The notes under the pieces are model-generated. The model was not told where the DNA came from, made no database searches, and saw only the letters and a program-made list of their open reading frames with translations. Positions 1-8,671 of a stretch of 36,390 bases of DNA are shown here, piece by piece (positions within the stretch are counted from its first letter, which is position 1; every line of letters starts with the position of its first letter). The stretch is from a virus (Duplodnaviria; Caudoviricetes). The translations under genes were made by a program, and so were the position numbers. The stretch covers positions 1 to 36,390 of IMG/VR virus record IMGVR_UViG_3300010398_000021. One strand, given 5' to 3'.

Positions 1-803
1 ATACGGGCTGTGGCAGTATGGGGATCACCTGACTCACATGCTTCCAGATAGCTTCCATCGTGGAAGAGGTTCCATTCGATCGCGCCGACGACATAGGACT
101 CTCCTGACTTGGCGTCGAACTTGGCAAGCTTCATTCCTTTGTCGGCAATGAAGATCGAGCGGAACGACTCCTCGACATTCTGGAGGTTACCTCCAGTGCC
201 GAACTCACTAAAGCTAGAGCTAAAACGGCCGGTACTAGTACCAGCAATATTATAAGAAGTACGGATACGGCCATCTTTGTCTACCTCTGTCTTGAGTACC
301 TGTATCTTCTTCTGCAATTCGCCCATCATAAGGAGATGGGAGCAGATTTGCCGAGCGATTAGATACTCGGTTTGGATTTTTTCGAGCGCGGCGATGTCGG
401 TGGTTGGTCTTCCACCGCGCCGAATAACGGGAATGCCGAGCGCCTCATAGAAGAGGTAGCGTTTGTCGTCATTGGATCGCCAGTTGAAGCTAGGTAGGCC
501 GACGCCATCAAGCACAATGATTTCAAGCTGCCGCTCAAGGCGCTCAAGTAGATCAAAGTATTCGTCGATGACACTGGATTTGCGCGCATGGTCAACTCGA
601 ACGCCACGCAGCCGCATTTCGAGCACTGGACCTTGTAGGTCTCTTGAAAAGTTATAGACGGGTCCAGTATCGTCGTCCAGTTGTGGTAGGAGCACGTCGA
701 GGATTTCTCCGGTGATGCATGCATCGATTCCATTGTATACCCACTCTCTTTCCATTGCGGTGTAGGTTGAAGGGTCGGCTTCATCGGTGGAGATGATCTT
801 CAC
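1..803 (-). CDS. polA: Family A DNA polymerase, C-terminal gene of a split polymerase (runs off the window edge)
   Basis: Not in the ORF track (no stop inside window). Manual translation from GTG at 803: MKIISTDEAD...WVYNGIDACITGE (ExoIII YxxxD)...EMRLRGVRVD...FNWRS...DGRIRTSYNIAGTSTGRFSSS...NLQNV...FRSIFIAD...KFDAKSGE (motif A)...GDPHTATA; GTGA overlap with upstream stop. Confidence 0.92.
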   Translation of the reverse strand, partial: MKIISTDEADPSTYTAMEREWVYNGIDACITGEILDVLLPQLDDDTGPVYNFSRDLQGPVLEMRLRGVRVDHARKSSVIDEYFDLLERLERQLEIIVLDGVGLPSFNWRSNDDKRYLFYEALGIPVIRRGGRPTTDIAALEKIQTEYLIARQICSHLLMMGELQKKIQVLKTEVDKDGRIRTSYNIAGTSTGRFSSSFSEFGTGGNLQNVEESFRSIFIADKGMKLAKFDAKSGESYVVGAIEWNLFHDGSYLEACESGDPHTATAR

Positions 804-970
804 TTGCGCTTCTCACAGTGCTCAGCGAAGGTCTTGATAACGCCGGTCTTGACGTTCCTGAAGCCGATTGCCTTACACTTCTTGCACCGTAGGCGAAGGT
901 GGCCGTTGCCGTTATGATGGGATAGCTCTTCCCAATCGTGTGGATCGGGCCTAAAGACCGGTGCTTTCAT
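800..970 (-). CDS. Small hypothetical protein (56 aa, His/Cys, possible Zn-binding)
   Basis: Manual translation MKAPVFRPDPHDWEELSHHNGNGHLRLRCKKCKAIGF...HCEKRK; GGAG upstream; stop overlaps polymerase start. Confidence 0.6.
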   Translation of the reverse strand: MKAPVFRPDPHDWEELSHHNGNGHLRLRCKKCKAIGFRNVKTGVIKTFAEHCEKRK

Positions 971-1133
971 TTTCTCCATCCAATAGCCAGTCGATCATCT
1001 TGTGGATATTGTCACGCGTCTGGGCCTCGGTTAGTGGAATGAGGGCTATTCGGCACTTGGCTGCCCTCTGCCACTCGACGGAGGGCACTTCCACTTTATC
1101 GTGTGGATCGAAGATAATGTGGAGCCTACTCAT
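951..1133 (-). CDS. Hypothetical protein (60 aa)
   Basis: Tiles the operon with short overlaps to both neighbours. Confidence 0.55.
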   Translation of the reverse strand: MSRLHIIFDPHDKVEVPSVEWQRAAKCRIALIPLTEAQTRDNIHKMIDWLLDGENESTGL

Positions 1134-1500
1134 TGCTTAGTGTCCTGATGCCCGTCAGCCTGCCCGGTATCGTATATCCCGTCGCCCGTATACACAGGGC
1201 TTGGGCCACGGCGTAGCAGACAAGCAAGTCGAACGGTATCCATACCCAAAATAGGATTGTTGAAAAACTCAAGCTGTAGAGTGCGATATACGCCGTGGTC
1301 GGCGGTGCGTTGTAGCGCGTACCGGCTAGGCGCATCCCAATGCATGTGCGTCGGAAGATCATGTGATAGCTCAAGCACAGTCCGACAGTCGTCAGCTTCC
1401 AGTAGATGCTCGGCAACAAGACGTAGAAGGGTAGCGACAGCACTAGAATGATAGTACAGTTCACCATACTGGCGATTGTCTTCTGCTTTAGGGTGCTCAC
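1126..1500 (-). CDS. Multi-pass membrane protein, weakly RDD-like
   Basis: Three to four hydrophobic segments; TCIGMRLAGTRY resembles the RDD T-x-G-K-R-x-x-G-x-R-V motif; starts immediately after stop of UDG-exo gene. Confidence 0.55.
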   Translation of the reverse strand: MSTLKQKTIASMVNCTIILVLSLPFYVLLPSIYWKLTTVGLCLSYHMIFRRTCIGMRLAGTRYNAPPTTAYIALYSLSFSTILFWVWIPFDLLVCYAVAQALCIRATGYTIPGRLTGIRTLSNE

Positions 1501-2595
1501 TCATTGGTCCCTCTTAATGGTTGTGGTTTTGCGTTCGGTTTTCCACGCGCCTTCGTCCGTGTAGATTGATCCAAGATAGCCAAGCGCCTTGAGAGACTCG
1601 GGCTGTAGGGCGTGATGGAGCAGCATGGTGTCGTGCTCGGCCCCACGGACACGTACCCCAACACTTCGCCAGAGAAAGGCGATGTCGTAGAGTCCATTTT
1701 GGAAGACCTTTTTAATCGTTCGGTCTTCGAGAACTCGTTGGACATGATGCCAAGCAAGTACCTCTGCATTGAGATTAGGGAAGTAACTTCGGTTCTTCTT
1801 TCGCCGGTCAAAGAACGGCACAACGAGCGCAAGGTTTGGTCTCGGGCTGAGGCCGATGCAAGTAATGTCTTCGCCAGACGTCTCGATGTCGACGCTAAGG
1901 ACCCGGCAGTTGCGTACATGGCGGTCGATGAACGTCCGTATGTCTTCGACATTGGGTTCAATCCATATCTCACGGTGAGGTCGGCGGATTTCAGGGAAGG
2001 CCGACTCACGCTTGGCTTTGATTAGGTCGGCTACCGTCGTGGGTCGAAGCTCCCACTGGCGCAGCACAGCAGCAGGATGATAAGTAGGCAGAAGCTTAAA
2101 CCCAGTAGCAGTATGAGTAGAGAGACGTGTGGTACCCCTGAGCTTGGTGATACCTGTAGAGCCTGCCAAAGCCCATAAAGCAGAATTGCCGAGGCAGACA
2201 ATAAGCTCAGGCTCAAGGCTAATGATTTCATCTCCTAGCCTTTCTAGTTCGGGGATGAACTCGGTGCGGACCCACTTGGATTTGGTGAGGGGCGGGTAGC
2301 CGACGATGCCCTCGCGTTGGCTGCCGCAGAAGTTCTCGATCTTGTTGTACTTTGGGCGGGCATTGAATACGTTAGTGGTGCGGACGGCGTCGGAGTGAAG
2401 CTCCCATACCTTGGCGACATGGCGAGAGTTACCCTCACGGAAGTAGCGATGCAGGAGGTCCGCATCGCCGTTGGTGAGGGTAATGATGTCGGCCTCGTGC
2501 AGCATCTTGAGTAGCTCCACCCCGGCGGCGCCAACGAAGGGAACGTGCACACGTTCTTCGCTCTCGCCCCAGGCCTCGCCGACGAGGAGGATCAT
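1501..2595 (-). CDS. Uracil-DNA glycosylase (family-4-like) fused to the N-terminal part of a DnaQ-type 3'-5' exonuclease; N-terminal gene of split PolA
   Basis: UDG motifs LVGEAWG..E...PFVGAAG, TTNV..ARP, PELIVCLG, PTYHPAAVLR; ExoI VDIETSG, ExoII FQNGLYDIAFL, HDTMLLHH; no ExoIII before stop. Start placed at ATG 2595 (ATGA overlap with upstream gene). Confidence 0.9.
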   Translation of the reverse strand: MILLVGEAWGESEERVHVPFVGAAGVELLKMLHEADIITLTNGDADLLHRYFREGNSRHVAKVWELHSDAVRTTNVFNARPKYNKIENFCGSQREGIVGYPPLTKSKWVRTEFIPELERLGDEIISLEPELIVCLGNSALWALAGSTGITKLRGTTRLSTHTATGFKLLPTYHPAAVLRQWELRPTTVADLIKAKRESAFPEIRRPHREIWIEPNVEDIRTFIDRHVRNCRVLSVDIETSGEDITCIGLSPRPNLALVVPFFDRRKKNRSYFPNLNAEVLAWHHVQRVLEDRTIKKVFQNGLYDIAFLWRSVGVRVRGAEHDTMLLHHALQPESLKALGYLGSIYTDEGAWKTERKTTTIKRDQ

Positions 2596-2789
2596 CGCAC
2601 CTGCTCCACTGTGAACAGGGACGATGTGCACCTCTCAAAGTGACGGCGCCTGATCATTGCGCTGACGTACTGGTTGGGAATCTCGCACAGGTCTTTCTCC
2701 GTTAGGCCGTAGAAGTAAACAAAGAATGGATCGCCGTCCTCGTTCCACACCTTGATGCGGACACAGTCTCGGCTTCTCCTGTCGATCAT
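2592..2789 (-). CDS. Hypothetical protein (65 aa)
   Basis: ATGA-coupled at both ends. Confidence 0.6.
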   Translation of the reverse strand: MIDRRSRDCVRIKVWNEDGDPFFVYFYGLTEKDLCEIPNQYVSAMIRRRHFERCTSSLFTVEQVR

Positions 2790-3124
2790 CGCATATCTTC
2801 CAACTGAAGATTGTTGTAGCCGCCGATGTCTTCCCAGTGTTCACGGTAATCTGATCGGCCGGATAGGATGCGCGACCACTTCATCATCTCCTGATCGTAC
2901 ACCTCGCGCATGACGTCAGTCATCTTGCCCCAGCCGGGTGCCTCATGGCCGATCTTCTTCAATGCTTGAGAGAGCTTGGCGTTGTCCTTGAAGTTGCCGT
3001 GGGTTTTCCACCGCTCACGGTTGAGGGGGTGGGATAGCTTGGGCTGCTCACCGGAGTTGGTCTTAGCTGGCTGCCCAGCCATTAAGTTTTCCATCTCTTG
3101 TAGGTTTACGTCTGGTTCTGGCAT
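2786..3124 (-). CDS. DUF6378-like phage protein
   Basis: Pattern ER..THG.F...A...Q.LK...K.SRILSG...EHWEDIGGY; GGAGA SD before ATG 3124. Confidence 0.7.
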   Translation of the reverse strand: MPEPDVNLQEMENLMAGQPAKTNSGEQPKLSHPLNRERWKTHGNFKDNAKLSQALKKIGHEAPGWGKMTDVMREVYDQEMMKWSRILSGRSDYREHWEDIGGYNNLQLEDMR

Positions 3125-3147
3125 GGGATTTCTCCATTGGAAGGGGT

Positions 3148-3224
3148 GGTCCCCCGCCGGGGACTGTGACAAACAGGTTCGACGGGGGACCTAGTCGGGT
3201 TACGTCGTGGCTGTTACCCGACTA
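3148..3224 (-). other. Two tandem stem-loops downstream of the SSB-like gene
   Basis: GGTCCCCCG 3148-3156 / CGGGGGACC 3183-3191 and TAGTCGGGT 3192-3200 / ACCCGACTA 3216-3224, both perfect 9-bp inverted repeats, no U tract. Confidence 0.7.
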
Positions 3225-3737
3225 TTAGACTTTCGCTGTAGACTTCACGTTAGCGTAGAACGCCGAGCCGTCCTTGGCAGCACCGTGGACGACGTTGGCG
3301 ATAACCTGCTGGCCGGGCAGTTCCTCGATGGCCTCGGCAAAGGACTTGCCTTTGATCGTGATGCCACAATCTTCGATGAACTTCCGGAGACGGTACTTGG
3401 AGTCTTCGGTCAGCCAGAGGGTGTAGCGAAGGGTGCGGTTCTCCAGACCGCCCATCTTCTCAAGCTCCTCCGTATCAACATCCTTGTACGGTTCGAGCGG
3501 TTGCAGGGTGAACTCAGCGTACTCCGTCTGCTGCTGAGTCGACTTATCGTACCGGGGCAGCCCGGCGACGAGGCAGATGTACGAGCCGGTGGGGATAGGC
3601 TTGGGCCGCTCGGCATCCTCGACCTGTTGATCGAGAATGGACGAGAAGCTTAGGCTCTCCTGTTCCTGCTCTGGCTCTTGTTGTGGTTCGGGTTTCTTGT
3701 TTAGGTCACGTCGAACGATAGTGGGCTTGATAGCCAT
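3225..3737 (-). CDS. DUF669-like putative single-stranded DNA binding protein
   Basis: PIPTGSY.C.V...EF.L...LW.TE....RL..F...CG...PG..V...V.H...YANVK pattern; adjacent to AAA ATPase and nuclease as in Sak4-SSB modules. Confidence 0.7.
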   Translation of the reverse strand: MAIKPTIVRRDLNKKPEPQQEPEQEQESLSFSSILDQQVEDAERPKPIPTGSYICLVAGLPRYDKSTQQQTEYAEFTLQPLEPYKDVDTEELEKMGGLENRTLRYTLWLTEDSKYRLRKFIEDCGITIKGKSFAEAIEELPGQQVIANVVHGAAKDGSAFYANVKSTAKV

Positions 3738-3740
3738 TGT

Positions 3741-4568
3741 TTAGACCTTTCGTAGTGAAGATTTGGCTGGTTTAGGTACCTCCCGCAGAGCCTCGAATAG
3801 CTCTGCGAGCCCTGTGTCCGTTGGCAAAGACTTTTCGCCGATAGGCTTGGCCGTTGCCAAACTGATCTGTGAGTCTGATTCTAGCTGTATGGTTCGTTTA
3901 CCTCCTCTGTTGACATAACGGATATAGTTAGGGAAGTAGGCCGGTATCTTTGGTCCTAGCTTCTGGCCTACCCCTTGTGGGAAGATTTGGTCAGGTCCAA
4001 CAACTTGAGGTTGGTACTGTCCGTGTCCGAAGACGAGGACGTTGGTTTCGAAGAGCGGCGACGTGAGCCCGGCGAGGACATCCTCGATCGCGTTTTGAGA
4101 GTCAGCGTAAGTCGCTCGTTTATCATACTCGCCCGAACGTCCTTTAGGCGTGAGAGGCTCTCTCCAGTCAAACGCCGAATCGCAGAGACGACTGAGGGTA
4201 TCAACCACAAGGATAGTATCACTTCCCCATTCTGCGGGTCGACCGAGATCGACGTCATCGTACTTCCAATGGTCAAGCATCCGGATGGCTTGGATGAACG
4301 CTGTCGGCTTACCATCTATCACTGGTCCTTCTGGTGTCATCTTGCGCTTGTCGCGCAAGGTACGGAACTCGACGTTGCCGATTAGCTCGGGGCAGCGCTG
4401 CATGATCATGAACTTGAGTGGATCGAGCAGGTTGTCCATGTCGAGGATGCGAAGTTTGTAACCCACTTCGACGAGCGAGACCATCGAACTGGTTTTGCCA
4501 GACTTCGGATCACCGATAGCTAGGCACTTGATAAAGCTGTTACTTTGGTGTTGGGCTAGACTGGGCAT
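3741..4568 (-). CDS. AAA_24 / Sak4-like ATPase (recombinase candidate)
   Basis: Walker A GDPKSGKTS, ILDMD, Walker B ILVVDTLSRL, VFGH. Confidence 0.8.
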   Translation of the reverse strand: MPSLAQHQSNSFIKCLAIGDPKSGKTSSMVSLVEVGYKLRILDMDNLLDPLKFMIMQRCPELIGNVEFRTLRDKRKMTPEGPVIDGKPTAFIQAIRMLDHWKYDDVDLGRPAEWGSDTILVVDTLSRLCDSAFDWREPLTPKGRSGEYDKRATYADSQNAIEDVLAGLTSPLFETNVLVFGHGQYQPQVVGPDQIFPQGVGQKLGPKIPAYFPNYIRYVNRGGKRTIQLESDSQISLATAKPIGEKSLPTDTGLAELFEALREVPKPAKSSLRKV

Positions 4569-4800
4569 TGGCTTTCCTTATTCGTATCTCAACGGCGTCG
4601 CCGGTGGTTAGGTTTGGGAAGTCTTGGCCCATGTAGAGACTCTCATGTGAACCCTCGAAGAGTACGAACCAGCCGACGGATTGGGTCTTGAAGACCGAGT
4701 CCGGGCCATGCCCGGCGACATGAAGGCGCTGAAAACGATGCTCTACGTCGGCGACGGTGGTGTTGATGATGTAGACTACCTCGGCTGAAGTGGGTTCCAT
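4540..4800 (-). CDS. Hypothetical protein (86 aa)
   Basis: GAGG SD before ATG 4800; fills gap between nuclease and ATPase. Confidence 0.6.
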   Translation of the reverse strand: MEPTSAEVVYIINTTVADVEHRFQRLHVAGHGPDSVFKTQSVGWFVLFEGSHESLYMGQDFPNLTTGDAVEIRIRKANAQSSPTPK

Positions 4801-5810
4801 GGGGTTCCTCGTTTGAATGATGACTCTAGGAACTTCTCTCGTACGCTTGGGTCTTTCTGGCATATCTCACGGAAGCGGCAGCCGCCGAACTTGTCACAGG
4901 CCGTATCGTTATGGGGCCAGTAGCCAACCTCGGCATAGTATTCAGCCATGCCGAGCCAGTACTCTAGGTCTCCTAGCCATTCCGTCAGTCGGCCTTGGGA
5001 TCGTTGGGTGACACCACGGGTGGAGCGGGTCTCGTCGACCATCAGCTGGATGGCCTCGATGATCACGCCCTTCACCGGCGAGGGCTTTGGGTTTTCGTCT
5101 TCGAGCACTTGACCGGCAGCGAAGGTGTAGAGTGTCATCTGATTATTTGGGTCGTATTGATCGAAGTAGTAAGGGCCGGGAGTCGATGTGGTCGTTTTGT
5201 AGTCCATGACGTACAGGCAATCACTGAACTCGACAACACGGTCAAGATGTCCGCACAGGACATAGGGCTGGAATAGTACGTCTTCTCCGTCTCTCGTGGA
5301 TACAGCCGCCCGTGGTCCAAAGTCCAGCTCAAAACGAAAGCTAAGCTCGACAGCAGCAGTGCCAGTAGAGGCCCGAATATATGTTGTTGCTGGGTCTTCT
5401 TCATATTTGTCCAGATAGTCGACGATGGCGCGGATAAGAGTGTTGCGGTTCTTATACTTGCCGGGTCGGGTTTCGGTGTCGGGGTTCCAGCCGTATGTGC
5501 GGCAGAGGGTGTCGAGCACAACATCGTGCACGGCATCATCGTGACTCGCACCGTCGGTACGGAGGAGTTGGTACATCTGGAGCGAGGTGTGGACTTCCTG
5601 TCCAAAGCGAATGTGGATGGACTCGCCTTCGCTCTGCCACCCGTCGATCATGATGTACTTGTAGAGGCGTGGGCATTGCTTCAGATAGCTGATGCTCGTA
5701 GCATCCCATGCGTATTGGATGTTGGAGTTGGGAAGGAATGGGGACGGAGCCTCGATCGGCGGCGGTTCGAGGTCCATAGCGGACTTGATTGGCTGGTTGA
5801 GGATGCTCAT
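4776..5810 (-). CDS. PD-(D/E)XK nuclease, Cas4/RecB-like with Fe-S type cysteines
   Basis: TSIS..KQCPR, G..VH, GHLDRV, VMDYKT, Q..LY, C-terminal CDKFGGCRFREIC. Confidence 0.88.
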   Translation of the reverse strand: MSILNQPIKSAMDLEPPPIEAPSPFLPNSNIQYAWDATSISYLKQCPRLYKYIMIDGWQSEGESIHIRFGQEVHTSLQMYQLLRTDGASHDDAVHDVVLDTLCRTYGWNPDTETRPGKYKNRNTLIRAIVDYLDKYEEDPATTYIRASTGTAAVELSFRFELDFGPRAAVSTRDGEDVLFQPYVLCGHLDRVVEFSDCLYVMDYKTTTSTPGPYYFDQYDPNNQMTLYTFAAGQVLEDENPKPSPVKGVIIEAIQLMVDETRSTRGVTQRSQGRLTEWLGDLEYWLGMAEYYAEVGYWPHNDTACDKFGGCRFREICQKDPSVREKFLESSFKRGTPWNPLQPR

Positions 5811-6031
5811 ACGCGCCTCACGAACTTGGGCTTGTCTGGTGTCGCTGTGGGTTTGATTTGCTGAATGATGCTGCTCATGTCGACGGTGATCTTCGGTCGA
5901 TCTTTCTTTGGCTTCTCACCGGCTTCAACCCGTGCACGGTTGTTGCGGTGGTAGGCCACTAGGATGTCGATGTCGTCGGGTACGACTAGATCGTTCGGTG
6001 GTTTGTTCATGATCTCGTCAATCGTGCTCAT
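5807..6031 (-). CDS. Hypothetical protein (74 aa), ends FVRRV
   Basis: Coupled to nuclease start (ATGA); GGAG SD. Confidence 0.7.
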   Translation of the reverse strand: MSTIDEIMNKPPNDLVVPDDIDILVAYHRNNRARVEAGEKPKKDRPKITVDMSSIIQQIKPTATPDKPKFVRRV

Positions 6032-6191
6032 CTGCTACTCCGTAGTTAACCTTGCTGCGCCGTTCGCGCAGGTAGCGGTGGATAATCTCACGCACATAAC
6101 CGGACCAGCCTCGGCCGTAGATGCGCTCTAGCTCCTCTACGTCGTTGAGGTAGAGCCGGATGGAGGTGAGGAAGAGTGGCTGCTCATTCAT
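6018..6191 (-). CDS. Small ribbon-helix-helix-like DNA-binding protein
   Basis: FLTSIRL beta strand, helix, then WSGYVREIIHRYL; ATG 6191 coupled to upstream stop. Confidence 0.55.
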   Translation of the reverse strand: MNEQPLFLTSIRLYLNDVEELERIYGRGWSGYVREIIHRYLRERRSKVNYGVADEHD

Positions 6192-6388
6192 GTGACTTTG
6201 TTCACCGGGTTCTTGACCAGCCATACCTCGCCGTTTGGCATAAAGCAGACACGGACGTTGGCCAGTTCGGGGTTCTTGTTTCGCGCCTTGTATAGTTCGC
6301 GCGCCACTTCGCGCTGGTCGTCCGTGGGAATGGCAAGGCCAATCTCGGCCTTCTGTGCCCTATACCAAAGAGCGAGCCAGTCAGTCAT
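6188..6388 (-). CDS. Hypothetical protein (66 aa)
   Basis: AGGAG SD, ATGA coupling both ends. Confidence 0.65.
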   Translation of the reverse strand: MTDWLALWYRAQKAEIGLAIPTDDQREVARELYKARNKNPELANVRVCFMPNGEVWLVKNPVNKVT

Positions 6389-6792
6389 ACACGTCTCCTG
6401 AATCGTGCTGATGTAGGTAGCGGTGCTTGAGTTGGAGCCACTCGCTCAGGTTCCGGGGTTTGCTCAGGTCGATCTTCCTCGTCGGTGATTGGTTCGATGA
6501 CCTTGGCAAAGGATTGGGTAGGCTCAAGGCGGACCCAAACCTTGTCGTTGTATTCGAGTCGGATGGTGATGATGTCATAGGGTGATCTGCCGTGCAGCGG
6601 ATGGTCTGGTTCAGGGTAGATGGTGGCGTTGCTTTCACGATGTAGCTTTCTTGCGTAGTGCATACGGGCCCTGAGGCGCTCTGCCGCCTCACTGGACTCG
6701 CATGGTACCTTGACCCCTTTGGGGTGCTCTAGCGCTGCATCGAATGCTTCATAGCAATCGGTATAGGCTAGAGTTGAAGACGGGTAAGGCAT
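6385..6792 (-). CDS. Hypothetical protein (135 aa), ends FRRRV
   Basis: ATG 6792 overlaps helicase stop (TGATG). Confidence 0.7.
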   Translation of the reverse strand: MPYPSSTLAYTDCYEAFDAALEHPKGVKVPCESSEAAERLRARMHYARKLHRESNATIYPEPDHPLHGRSPYDIITIRLEYNDKVWVRLEPTQSFAKVIEPITDEEDRPEQTPEPERVAPTQAPLPTSARFRRRV

Positions 6793-8261
6793 CAGTCCCA
6801 CCTAATCGTTAGGGAGTTGATCTCAAAGAGGTTCCTTTGAGACCGGGTTTGAGTGACGTAGCGAAGGTTCAGGTCTTGGTCATTCTCTTTCATCAACCAA
6901 GGATCGAGCATGTAGACAGTCTCGAACTCAAGGCCCTTGCTCTTATGGCCGGTGAGCAGTTGGATTTTGCCGTGCTGGGCAAAGAGATGCTCAACGTACT
7001 TGATAGCCGTGCCAAGATCGTCGCCATAGGTAGCGAAAATCTTCATGCAGTCGGCCATGTCATTGGCGGTTGAGGATTCTTTGGCTAGTTTTTCAAGTCG
7101 CCAATCCTCGATAGCGTTAAGGACAGCAACTTTAGGGGTATGTTCAGGCCCAAGCTTTCGCATAAGGCCGATAAGCTTTGGGCCAACATCTGACCCTGCG
7201 ACCGTGACAGAGCGGCCGTTCTGGAGAAGTTGCATAGCGAGCTTGAAAAGTGGAGCGTTGTTACGACAGATGATTGTTGCGTTCTCAGCGAAATCTCCAG
7301 CGTCCATTCCTTCGAGTTGCTCAACGTGGCCTCCCGGCTTGATCCATTTGAAGTTTGGTACGCGCCAACGAGCAGCCTCGACTATCTTCTCTGGACAACG
7401 GAAGCTGACGCTAAGCTCGGTCTTGGTCATGTTCCATTTCACTTGGGCTTCGGCCATAGCGTTAGTCTTAGCTCCACGAAATCCGTAGATGTTCTGCCAT
7501 GGATCGCCAACTCCAACAACCCGCCCTCTGACAAGGCGTTCAAGCATTGCATAGTTGGTAGGGTTGAGGTCTTGCATTTCGTCGACGAGGATAAGTGGAA
7601 ATCGAGGGAATGCTCCGCCGAACATCGCCGGCACATAAATCTGATCGTTGAAGTCAATTGCTCCGGCGTAAGCGGCTTGAATTGATCTTTCGAGGACCTC
7701 GTCGACGAGATCGATGACAAAGTCACCCGGCTGCTCTTCCAAAGCGGCAATGAGTTGCTCTCTGGTGCAGAGCCGAGGAGTGTCAGGGTAGATACCGTCG
7801 GGGATGTAGCCGAGCGCTTTGGCCATTGCGACGCCGCCGATGACCTCGAAGAACGCGTCACGCATTTCGTCGGCGAGGCGCTTTGGCTTGGTTTCTTGGA
7901 TGATGACTTTGAGGATGTCATTGGTCTTCTTCTGGTTGACAACCAGCCGCTTGCCAATCGTCTCTGATAGGACACGATGGCCACAGCTGTTGAAGGTTTG
8001 GCAGGTTGTAGTGGAAAGCATCCGCTCGGTTGCTTCCTTAGCGTTTCGAGTATTGAAGACTAGGTAGAGGATTGGTTGCTTCTTGATTTGCTTCTCACCC
8101 ATTTCGAGGGTGGTGGTCTTGCCGGTTCCGGCATAGGACCACATGATGATGTTGTCGTCGGTCTTGGTGAGCAAGTCGAGGTAGTGGAGTTGCTCGTCGG
8201 TGGGTGGTGGCGGCGGCTCAGAGGCGGCCACCGATGAAACGAGATCGTTGAGGATACTCAT
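6792..8261 (-). CDS. Superfamily 1 (UvrD/Rep-like) DNA helicase
   Basis: AGTGKTTT, LVFN, TFNS, DFND, LVDEMQD, VGDPWQNIYGFRGA, SFRCP, TGHKSKGLEF, YVTQTRS. Confidence 0.95.
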   Translation of the reverse strand: MSILNDLVSSVAASEPPPPPTDEQLHYLDLLTKTDDNIIMWSYAGTGKTTTLEMGEKQIKKQPILYLVFNTRNAKEATERMLSTTTCQTFNSCGHRVLSETIGKRLVVNQKKTNDILKVIIQETKPKRLADEMRDAFFEVIGGVAMAKALGYIPDGIYPDTPRLCTREQLIAALEEQPGDFVIDLVDEVLERSIQAAYAGAIDFNDQIYVPAMFGGAFPRFPLILVDEMQDLNPTNYAMLERLVRGRVVGVGDPWQNIYGFRGAKTNAMAEAQVKWNMTKTELSVSFRCPEKIVEAARWRVPNFKWIKPGGHVEQLEGMDAGDFAENATIICRNNAPLFKLAMQLLQNGRSVTVAGSDVGPKLIGLMRKLGPEHTPKVAVLNAIEDWRLEKLAKESSTANDMADCMKIFATYGDDLGTAIKYVEHLFAQHGKIQLLTGHKSKGLEFETVYMLDPWLMKENDQDLNLRYVTQTRSQRNLFEINSLTIRWD

Positions 8262-8279
8262 TTGCCGACGGCCCTCCAG

Positions 8280-8465
8280 TCAATGCGCGCCCGGCGCTTT
8301 GGTGTCGGTGAGGCGACGAAGGATGCCGACAAGGAAGAATATCTCGCCGAGCCTGATGTTACCGAGAGGTCGGGAAAGGGATTCTCGTATCGTGGCAGCT
8401 TCCTCGCTCGTGAGAGTAATCTTTCGATTAGCTTTGGCAGCTTTTGCATGTGCAGACCTTTTCAT
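8280..8465 (-). CDS. Hypothetical protein (61 aa)
   Basis: ATGA coupling upstream; followed by GGAGG SD of helicase. Confidence 0.55.
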   Translation of the reverse strand: MKRSAHAKAAKANRKITLTSEEAATIRESLSRPLGNIRLGEIFFLVGILRRLTDTKAPGAH

Positions 8466-8671
8466 TGCAGACCTCGTCTGGCAAGGACGGTGATGTGTCC
8501 TTGCAGCTTCTTCAAGTTTTCAGTTACGTGCCACCAGCCTCGGGCCAGTACGGTGCCAGGGCCGGTGCCTTCGGCATTCTCTAGGTGCATGAGCATCGCT
8601 GCGTCTTCTTGAGCAAGACGCAGGTGCTCCATCAGTTTGTAGTAGGTTTCGCCTTTGGTTGGGACGGTCAT
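8462..8671 (-). CDS. Hypothetical protein (69 aa)
   Basis: ATG 8671 coupled to upstream stop; helical sequence. Confidence 0.6.
   Translation of the reverse strand: MTVPTKGETYYKLMEHLRLAQEDAAMLMHLENAEGTGPGTVLARGWWHVTENLKKLQGHITVLARRGLQ

Noticed and set aside
804-1500. Intron or intein interrupting the polymerase
   Set aside because: Interval is filled by three translationally coupled ORFs with no homing endonuclease or intein motifs, and the polymerase half has its own coupled start
4776-5810. CRISPR-Cas locus (Cas4-like nuclease)
   Set aside because: No repeat-spacer array or other cas genes; solo Cas4/RecB-like nucleases are typical of phage recombination modules
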